DNA of 64,000 bases from the NCBI GenBank assembly GCA_028534125.1, contig JAPYYK010000105.1, forward strand, positions 868,001-932,000, written 5' to 3'. The notes under the pieces were generated by a model. The model saw nothing but the letters and a program-made list of their open reading frames with translations, made no database searches and was not told the DNA's origin. The position numbers and the translations under genes were made by a program. Source of the stretch: Lama glama (Eukaryota). The first letter of the stretch is position 1. Each line of letters starts with the position of its first letter. Below, piece by piece: positions 27,610 to 36,490 of the stretch.

Positions 27610-28748
27610 ATGCATTTCCCTTAAAAACCTGAAAGATTTCACTTTCCAAATATATTTTTTACAATATAGTTCATTGGTTAAATGCTAAACATTTGGCAGA
27701 TTCCTTTAAAATCCAAATCAGGCTTGACTCTTGAGCCTTCAGCAATCTCAGTCACTATCCATCTTATAATGTACACACGTGTAACACACACCAAATATAT
27801 ATTCATTTACTTATATGTAGATGCATATATTCAGATCTGAATCTATATACACACACACTCATTCATGTAAATCTCCTTTCCCAGAACCAAAGGCTCAGGG
27901 CATAGTATCAAAAAAGGACATATTTTGTTGTTGTTTTTAAGAACCAGAAACAGTAAAATGTTTCTTTTGTTAGCAGATGAAGATGTTCATTTTAGCCAGA
28001 GATACCAAGAACAGGCTTTGTTGGCATAATGATTGTCTATTAGCCATGTAACCAGATTCATATTCTGTTGGATTTGCTAGTGATTCATCCACAAAATATT
28101 CCTCCTTTAAGAATATTATTCACTTCCATAAATGATTAAGATCCTAAAACCAGCAGTTCTGACCAAGGAAATAAATGTTTAACATTAAACATGTTCACTA
28201 ATCAAAACATAACAACAGGAAAGACTCCGTATTTTCCTAGCTAATAAAAATTTTTAGTCAGATTGCCTAATATTTTCCAGGTTATAAGGGACATTTAGAA
28301 GCTGTGTTTATTTCTTGGAATAGTGGGGTACTGTTCAGCTTGGTGCTTTGTCTGCATTCATAACCTCAGACTCCCGAGTTGCTATTTAGAGTTATGCCAG
28401 TTGGTGCCTTGATGGAATTAATACACTGTCTAGAATTGCCTAACTTACATTCAAAGAAGAGCTTAAACCAATGATTTCCATCTGTTTTTATGATACTCGC
28501 AGGGAATCTCAGGTTACTTCAAAGGACATCAGAATTCTCAAATGAAATTAATCTGGATATATAAATCTTACACTCATATACTTACATATGTCAGATATAA
28601 ATATATACCTACATGACAAAGACTTTCTGGAAGAGGTGAGGGTCAGGAAATTAATAGGGTAATTGCATACCAAGATCTCAGAAGGGTAAAATGATCACAA
28701 ATTATAACAGGTGTCATAAACCAGATTAGAACTAATCATGGAAAGTAA
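27610..28748 (+). pseudogene. Candidate endogenous bornavirus-like nucleoprotein element (EBLN), decayed
   Basis: Ordered motifs versus recalled BoDV-1 N: FPNI/FLQYS (27643-27670) ~ LPGKFLQYT; FPGYKGHLEAVFISW (28274-28318) ~ SPGKEFMDQIKLVASY; MPVGALMELIHCLEL (28394) ~ IPVVAYEIRDFLEV; FP...SEFSN ~ FP...SFPN; TYVRYK ~ TMAGYR; ITGVINQIRTNHGK* (28704-28748) ~ LSGEISAIMKMIG. Total span fits a roughly 370-aa N. Confidence 0.62.
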
Positions 28749-28749
28749 A

Positions 28750-29540
28750 AACCCACTCAATCTACACAACATCATCAATTTGGATCACGAGAAAGCAAAA
28801 AGGTTGCGGGGGACAAATTTGATGAAGATATTTTTGAAATAGATGACTCTGTGGATGAATTACTAGCAGATCCAATAGAATATGAAGCTGGTTGCATGGC
28901 TAATTAATTTTTTCTTCCTCTCTAAATCATGCTACATGCCTGTCTCTAAGTAAAGAAGCAGTTCATCCTCTATCTCAATAAAATGTTTATGAGACATCCT
29001 TGTCACTAATGGAGTCAACTCACAATCAATACGTTTATTCCTAACATTATGCTCACACACAGGTCAAGGGTTAAGAAAACATTTTCACTGCAACAGTAAT
29101 CAACCAAACTTACTGTAATCAGACTTTTCACTGACTCCTTGAGGATATGTATTGGGAATGATCCAAGAGACTTTTGATCATGTGACCAATCACAAAATTC
29201 CTCTGGTTAAAGTGAATGCCCACCCTTACCACCAGATTAAGTCAATGAGTGAGTATGAGCCTGCCTCTTCCTAACTCTGTAACTGTGGGCAAGTTTCTTA
29301 TCCACTTACTGCCTCAGTTTCTACAGCTGTAAAAAGGAGAAAACAGTGCCCACCTCACAGGGTTATTGTCAGGATTTAAATGAGCTAGTAGAGGTGAAGC
29401 ACAGTGTACACAATAAGCATTCAGTAAGTGTAAGTTCTTATTATCACTATTTGTTAGTCACTTTGTCAGAAGTTCCCTGAGCTGGAGGCCACTGCAGAAC
29501 TCCTGAGTACTCATGAGTTTATACTCACATTGACTACTTC
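28750..29540 (+). pseudogene. Possible bornavirus X/P remnant (positional call), interrupted by MIR
   Basis: Lies between the N-like and G-like segments with about 600 nt left after removing the MIR. Acidic stretch DKFDEDIFEIDDSVDELLADP and terminal KFPELEATA (weakly ~ IYPQLPSAP). Similarity alone is not convincing. Confidence 0.3.
29245..29445 (+). mobile_element. MIR SINE
   Basis: 'gggcaagtttcttatccacttactgcctcagtttctacagctgtaaaa...cacctcacagggttattgtcaggatttaaatgag'. Confidence 0.88.
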
Positions 29541-29542
29541 AA

Positions 29543-31290
29543 ATGTATTTTAATTATAGAATATTATCTCAGTGTTAAATTTCTGTTCTTGTGCTAAATG
29601 TTCAATATTATAGATAATTTAACTAGATCTGCATATCAGGTTGCATTCTTTTCCCTACACATCTCCTATAACATAAAGGGTTTGATCAGGTGAACTCTAT
29701 GATCTCCTCTATTCTAAGAACCAGAGTATGATGAAGCTGACATTCCCTTGATTTGAATCTGAATTGAGAGAGACATCATCATCTATTTAAAGGAACCAAC
29801 TAGTATGAAAGGGGAAAATCTTGTTTAGTAAATTTCTTAGGCCCAGCCTTTCTCAGGAGAGCAAATAACAAAATGCTAGGATGAAATGAGTTACATAAAA
29901 TCCACATAAAAATGCCCATGCATACCATTTTTATTGGGAAGTTACAAGGAGAAAGTGAATCTAATATATATTGATGAATTATTCAACTCTATCTCAGTCA
30001 GCCTGGCTGACTGGGTCACAGGGTAGGAGCATTTTTCAAGCACTCCCAGAAGGCTCCTGAACCCTCTTGAATGTTGGCCTGGAGGTTATTTCTGATCAAG
30101 TATGGGCACCAGAAATCTATGTAAGAAGGGAGACAGGCGCTTCCTCTAGGAAGGGGAAATCAAAACCATTATGAGATGCCCCAGGGGATCATTTAAAACC
30201 CTTTAAATATGTGTCTTGGGAAAAGAGGACTTTATCCTGACTAGATTTCTGACCTGGAAGTGCCTTCAAAGACAAAGAACAGTGAGGTCATACACAGAGA
30301 GGGTAAAAAAAGTAGAAAGGAGAGTGAAGGAAGTCCCAGTGAACTGAGACCAGTGGGTCCAGGAGAGTTTGAGAAGCCATATGAGATTTAAACAGGGAGG
30401 TTTATTTATACCTTTATGATACATCTATGATCTTTAAGGAAGTCAACTGATTGCTCAGAAAACACTTAAGATGCATCTAGTCTAATGCACTACCTACTAA
30501 TTCCATCAACAGCCCTGACTAACTAGTATAAATCTAGAGGGCAGTGGACATTTGGGTTCCTCCCACTCAGGCTTTCAGTCACCCCAAGATTCACCATTGC
30601 TTAAACATTTACAAGTTTATAGGGGCAAATACTTACAATGTTACCAAATGGAGGAGGCTTTGAAATGCATCTATTTGACCAACACTGGAGAACTGTGTTC
30701 TCCTGTGGGTTTCTCTTTTGTGAAGACATCAAAAATCTGCCTCTCCTTTTGTCAGTCCTTTGACTCATCAGGGAGAGAGAGAGATCAGAGGAAACATGGA
30801 TGGCCCATAGCAAGTTAGCATTTCCCACTGAAATAAACAAATTCCTTTGACTCACCCACCAGCCATGGAGCCCTGGCCAACATCTTACAAAGGACAGCAC
30901 TGGTTTCCAGCAGAACAGACCAACTACCAATTCCATTCTCACACCTGACATTGTCCACCACACTCCCATAGAAATGTTATTTTCTAGAAACTAATAGAAA
31001 TTGGTCCTTAAGACACTAACCTTGTGCTTGTCTTAATACACGCTGAGACATTACAAATTAACACACTGTAAAGCAACCGAATTAAAAATTATGTCCATGC
31101 ACACAGTCTTACCCACGAAAACATACATCTGGTATTCCAAATAATAGGCAACGCTGGATTCTAAATCTGTCTTAATTTATAAAAAGCCAACAAGCAGGCA
31201 TGGATATAAATTCTCACTTCTTCAGGCTATGGCCACCCTATTCTATCGTCCTAGGGGTGGACACAATTGGTAAGGTATTTATTATTATTT
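29543..31290 (+). pseudogene. Candidate endogenous bornavirus-like glycoprotein element (EBLG), decayed
   Basis: Ordered motifs versus recalled BoDV-1 G: PLI*I*IER (29745) ~ PGLIDLEIRR; SCLVNFL (29819) ~ SCEVSYL; SYIK...CPCIPFLLGSY (29889-29945) ~ SCLK..CKTYWGFFGSY; NPLECWPGGYF*SSMGTRNLC (30060-30122) ~ DPFECNWFYCCSAITTEIC; DASSLMHYLL (30470) ~ SASQFLRSWL; IYLTNTGEL (30669) ~ YFLNDEGRL; LCPCTQS (31089) ~ LLPYTRS; WILNLS*F (31155) ~ WVHIGLPSF. Ends approximate. Confidence 0.68.
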
Positions 31291-31439
31291 AAGGACACGA
31301 TACCATCGAAGGTGGCATTTTTCGCTTTCACCTTCTAAGGCTCTCCCCAGAACCGCCCGATGAACGCCTAGGCCACCTTCTTCCATCAAAGGTGGATCCT
31401 ACTAATAGGAGATTCTGGATAGTAACCATAGCGCCTCTG

Positions 31440-33230
31440 CCCCCAGCTCTGGGGAAAGCCTCATCTTAGTAAGTGGTCCTCGGCACAGCCAGCAGATCCG
31501 CCAGCCACGCGGAGGCCGCGCAGCTNNNNNNNNNNNNNNNNNNNNNNNNNNNNNNNNNNNNNNNNNNNNNNNNNNNNNNNNNNNNNNNNNNNNNNNNNNN
31601 NNNNNNNNNNNNNNNNNNNNNNNNNNNNNNNNNNNNNNNNNNNNNNNNNNNNNNNNNNNNNNNNNNNNNNNNNNNNNNNNNNNNNNNNNNNNNNNNNNNN
31701 NNNNNNNNNNNNNNNNNNNNNNNNNNNNNNNNNNNNNNNNNNNNNNNNNNNNNNNNNNNNNNNNNNNNNNNNNNNNNNNNNNNNNNNNNNNNNAACCTGC
31801 GCCCGGGGAGCGGCGCGCAGAGGGCACCGGGCGCCCCGAGCAGGCGGCGCAGCACCAGGTGAGCCCGCCATAGCTATGGCATTATTGTTCAGGGGGCTTC
31901 GGGGTCTGGAAACAAAACGCGCCGTGGGGGCAGTGCAGGAGCCGGAGAGAACCCCCCTCCCTCTCACCGCCGCCCAGCCCCGGCGGGCGCACCCCCGAGA
32001 GCCGACCCTCCCCGCCAAAAAAAAGAAAGAAAAAATTAATAACTCAAGGTGCCCAACTTGCTTCTTCAGGAAATAAGGGGTGGGGGGGTGTTGCTAAAGA
32101 AGCGGTAAAATTCTTGCGGCCAGAAAGGAGCCGGGGGCATCTTGGGCGATGAGGGAGAGAGGAGGAGAGATGCGGGGTCCAGCCGCGGGCCCCGGGCGAG
32201 GGTGGACGCGAGGGAGCAGAGGGCTCCTGGGGATGCGGAGTTGGGGGCGCAGAAGGGGGAGGAGGGAGGCGCCGGGCTGCTGAGGGGGACTGGTCCGGGG
32301 GCGTTGGTCTGTGCAGGAGCCGAGGGAGCCCTGGCAGGGCCGCTCGAGGGGCCTCTGAGGGTGCCAGAGGCGGGCGCCGGCTGCTCCGGGCTGACAATGG
32401 AAGGGGCGCGGAGGCGCCGGGCGGAGGGAAGGGTCCGGGGTCCGGGGGCGGGCCGCGCCGGAGAAGGTCAGGCCGGGGACGGAGGCGGCGGGGGAGAGGG
32501 CCGGGGGCTGCTGCGCGGTGAGCGGGGCCCCGCGGGCGGCTGAGAACCCCGGGCCCGCGCAGAGGAGGGCTCCGGGCCGGGCACTCCCCTCCGGTTCCCT
32601 TTCCGGGGCGCCCGGTACCGACGCGCGCTGCGCTTTCCCCGGGAAATGGCGGCCCCTCCGCTACTCGCCTGGGCAGTCCTGGGTTCCCGCTTTGCGCGGG
32701 AAAAAATAATAATAATAATAAGGGGAAAGGGAATAAAAGTAAAGTGGCTGCGACGCAGAAAAAGGGCTGCGCCAAGCGCCAGACGCGGGGCGAATCGCGT
32801 GCGGGGCGCGGCGCGGGCGGGGACCGGCCCTACCTCCTGGGCGTCCAGCCTGCTCTCCAGGAGCAACCTAGTTCCAGTCTCGCCCGCCGCCTAAATCGCG
32901 CCCGCGGGTGTCTTTCCCCGCCTTTCCTCCTGGGGGCGCCCTCTGCTCCTACCCTCTTTGTTCCACACAATGGCCAAAAGGGCATTGAAACCCAAAGGGC
33001 CAAATGCGTCTCCTCCTCCAGCAGTTTCCAGCCTCTCATTCTTCCTGCCCTGAAATGGGCCACCGCGGGCTTGATTTAGGCCCGGTCACTGCTGGGTCTA
33101 TTGGCAACGGCCCCAGGGTGGGGGAAGGAATGAAAAAGGAGCAAGAAGACATGGGCCTAGAAACCAAAGCCTGGGTCCACGTGTGTTTGAGGAGGTCCAG
33201 CAGGGACCACAGCCCCGAGGCCCGGATGGT
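31440..33230. promoter_or_regulatory. MACROH2A2: CpG island / promoter of MACROH2A2
   Basis: Very GC- and CpG-rich block with GC boxes and G-runs, about 17 kb upstream of the first coding exon. Core hidden by gap 31526-31793. Confidence 0.9.
31794..31858 (+). other. MACROH2A2: 3' part of non-coding exon 1 of MACROH2A2 (5' end in gap)
   Basis: Strong donor CAG|gtgagc at 31858/31859 inside the CpG island; the first coding exon has its own acceptor, so an upstream UTR exon is required. Confidence 0.7.
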
Positions 33231-34489
33231 AAAGTAAAGGCGGTTCCGGTTTTGCAACAGCGCTGATGAACTGAGGTATTGGTCCAGCCTCTCAGAGTAA
33301 TTCAAAACCTGGCACAGGTCTAAGCCCCTAGAGACCTCAGGGGCCCATTACCCCAGAGGCGATCGGTCCAGCATGGCAAACGGTTTCTTCACTTTGCTCA
33401 TTTGTGTTTGTGTCGAAATGCATTTGTACACTCACTGGGCTGCACAGTTGCTATTGAAACGGTTCAGTAGGTGAGAGGAAAAGAGACATTATTAAGAAGA
33501 GCAAACATGTGTCTTCATTTATGCTTTTTCTTATTTAGGAGCAGTTTCTTTGTGAAACATGAACCAAACTACACATAACTCTCAATTTGTTCATATTTAG
33601 CTGAAAGTTATCTCTTACCTCTTTGGAAAACTCTTTTTTCCTCAAATAAATATTCACAGCACCAAGATTTGGAACCACACTCATGGATTTTTAGAATTTA
33701 CTTAGCCCAAGATTATCATACAAATAAATATAGGCACTGCCTGGAGGAAGAGTTTATCTTAAATCACATAATTCACACCTTTAAAACCCCTATTTCCTGG
33801 ATCTAAATTTCCTTTAAAAATATGCCCAATTCTTCACTCCAGTTTTTCCTACCCTGTCACAGTTCCTCCTCACCTGGATCCATTTATTGCCATGCTTTAG
33901 ACATTAACGGTTTCCTCTATTTCAAAACTCTATAGAAGAATTTACCTCCTTGGATCCAGAATGTTCCAAGGATTGTGACCCTATTCCCTCACCATTCCAT
34001 TTTCTGTCTAATTCCCAGGGATTGTGAGGTGCCTTTGGTCTGCTGTTTCCCAGTAGGTGGGACACCCTGCTAGCTTTTGTCTGAGACAACCATGTCTATT
34101 TTCACTGCCTCCTGCCAGCAAGGCAGGAGAGAATCCTGTTGTAGGCAACTTTAAATGAAAGATATCTGTAACTTGTTCAGGGAGAGGAATGTGCAAAAAA
34201 AAAATCAACCAATTTTCTTAAGAATATTTTTCGTCCTCAAAGTCAGATGCTGTCTTGGTAAATGCTTTGGAAAAGTGTGTATTGCACAGAGATGAATGAA
34301 AAACTTACGGTTAGTGATCATTGGACAAGCATTTATGGAGCACCAACTATTAAGCACTTCTGATTGGGGAAAGAAATGCGAATATGACGATATCATGGGC
34401 CCTGCTCTCAGAGAGCTTTCACCTCCAAGCCTAGGAAATAAAATATATATGCAGATAAAAGAAGGGGGAAGGTGATCAAAATTGGCAAG

Positions 34490-35050
34490 TGAGTGGGAAA
34501 ATGGGTATTTTTATACACTGTCGACAAGTGTGTAAATTGATATAGCCAATTTGGAGGGCAGTTTGGCACTGTTCAAATTAATAATGTGCACATTCTGTGA
34601 CCCAGCAATTCCATTTCTTAGTATGTATCCTAGAGAAGCAGACACATGTATGCAGATCATGTAATTCCCTTCCATGGCAAAGTTTTGATAGTTCTGAAAT
34701 TGAAAACACTCTGATGGCCATCAATAGGGAATTGCTAAATAAACTCTGGCACATCTTCTGGAAAATTAGCAGCAGTTAGAAAGGTTGAAGTAAGTCTATA
34801 TATACTAAGACAGGTCATCAAGACGTATTATTAACAAAAAAAAAAGCAAATTGCAGAACAATATGTGTTGTATGGTACCATTTATGTAAAAACAAAACTC
34901 TGAATGTCTATAAGTAAGAATGCATACGTAAATGGATAGGAAAGGTGTGGAACAAGACACCCACCCGTAACCATTGTTACGATATTTGAAATTTTACAAC
35001 TTGAATGAATTTATATGTTGCTTGGATAACTAAACACAGTTCATTTAAAA
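34490..35050 (+). mobile_element. Old L1 (L1ME-like) 3' fragment
   Basis: 'tgtaaattgatatagccaatttggagggcagtttggca...gacccagcaattccatttcttagtatgtatcctagaga'. Confidence 0.75.
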
Positions 35051-36304
35051 GTGATTGATACTGTGTAATAAAAGCCATAATTAAAATGCTACAACAGTTT
35101 TTAAAGGGAGAAGAGAATTCTAAGCTGGGAGGGAGGGACTGGGCGAGGCTTCACAGAGAATATAGCAGGATTTGGAGGGAGAAAGGGAGCGGGGACAAAG
35201 CAGGTAGAAGGAATCCTGCCACCGACACAGAGCTCAGCAAGCCCCTCCTCTTTCTCAGCCTGATGAAGTGCATTCCCTCGCAGGCCGAGCCCTGGCCTGG
35301 CCTGGCCTGGGCTGCCCAGCTTCAGGCTGGGGAGGGAGCTAAATGAACAGGTCACAATTGCTTTCATTGCTACGATTCTATGAATATCTTAAGTTAGATG
35401 TAGCAGGCGAAAAAGAGCCACTAGAGGACATGAGTTCTAACAAGGGTGTTGGAAGGTGGTATTTTAAAAAAGAATGTAGTGGAAACTTGAGGACAGGGGA
35501 TTATTTTCCCCCTGGACACACAGTGGGATGTATATTGGGAATTAGACAGAAGGGAAAAGCGTTTGAGAAGATAGTTCATCCTTCCCCCCCCTGCAAATTA
35601 CAAAATGAACCCCGAAATGCTTTTGAAACAGATATTTAAGGTTGGTTTCACCTATTCATTCGCTCATTTAAGGAATTCGTTGAATGTCAGATGTGTATGT
35701 ATTACTCTGCTAGGTGCCAGAGGGGGTGAAATATGCGACCGGGTGTAGGAGAAATAGCCCCAGATCAAAGTTCCAGAAGGCGGGGGCCAAGGGGCTGGGT
35801 CTCGATCTGGTCTCACACAGATTGTGTAGCCATGGACAAGTCCTTTTACTCCCACCCCTCACTTTTATTGTGGCTAAAATTGGGGGAAGGTCTAAATGAC
35901 TGGTCACTCAGGTCCCTTGCAGTCTTAGATTATGATTTTGTGAAATCTCATGAGTCTAATATTGGAACAACTGTGAATTCCCAGGCAGAGGGAATGTGGG
36001 GAATCTGGCATTAGAACAAGAGGGGACCCCAAAGTGCCCAGCCTGAGAAAAAACAAAAGTATGTGCTGTCACAGAGGTTCTGAGTAGACGATGTGGCTCT
36101 CAGAGTTCTCCCAGGACTAGCATGTCTTTACATTAGCTCCTGAGATCAATGAGAGAAACAGGAAGACATCGCTGAGTTTTAAGCCTCATGTTATACACAC
36201 ATCCAGCACTATGGTATTATAATGGGTGCTTTTGAATTAAAATGTTAGCCTGCGTTCTGTGAAAATAGTCTCTAAAACTGCTTCTTTTGTGGGAATAAGT
36301 CACA

Positions 36305-36490
36305 ATAGCTAATGTTTATTAAATGCCTCACTGCCTGCCAGGTACTGTTCTAAGCACCTTAAATGTATTAGCACGTTTGATTCTTACAGCAGCCCTATAG
36401 ATGGGTACTGCTGTTATACCCACCTAACAGAAAAAAAAAGAAAGGCTAAGAATGTGCCCATGGGTGGTGGACTGAGGACTCCCGCCCAGG
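36305..36490 (-). mobile_element. MIR SINE
   Basis: 'atagctaatgtttattaaatgcctcactgcctgccaggtactgttctaagcac' is the reverse MIR 3' end. Confidence 0.75.

Noticed and set aside
28270-28330. Apparent splice acceptor ttttccAG before GYKGHLEAV as a host pseudo-exon
   Set aside because: The N-like frame continues upstream through the AG and no matching donor or host protein was recognised.
29060-29074. piggyBac-like terminus ggtcaagggttaa
   Set aside because: No matching ttaaccct partner end found nearby.
30552-30818. 88-aa ORF as a retroviral env fragment or host exon
   Set aside because: No flanking ERV structure or splice context; IYLTNTGEL fits better in order within the bornavirus G-like series.
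32044-33079. Long GC-rich ORFs (up to 243 aa) in the CpG island
   Set aside because: Low-complexity Pro/Arg/Gly/Ala translations on both strands, expected from stop-codon scarcity in GC-rich DNA.
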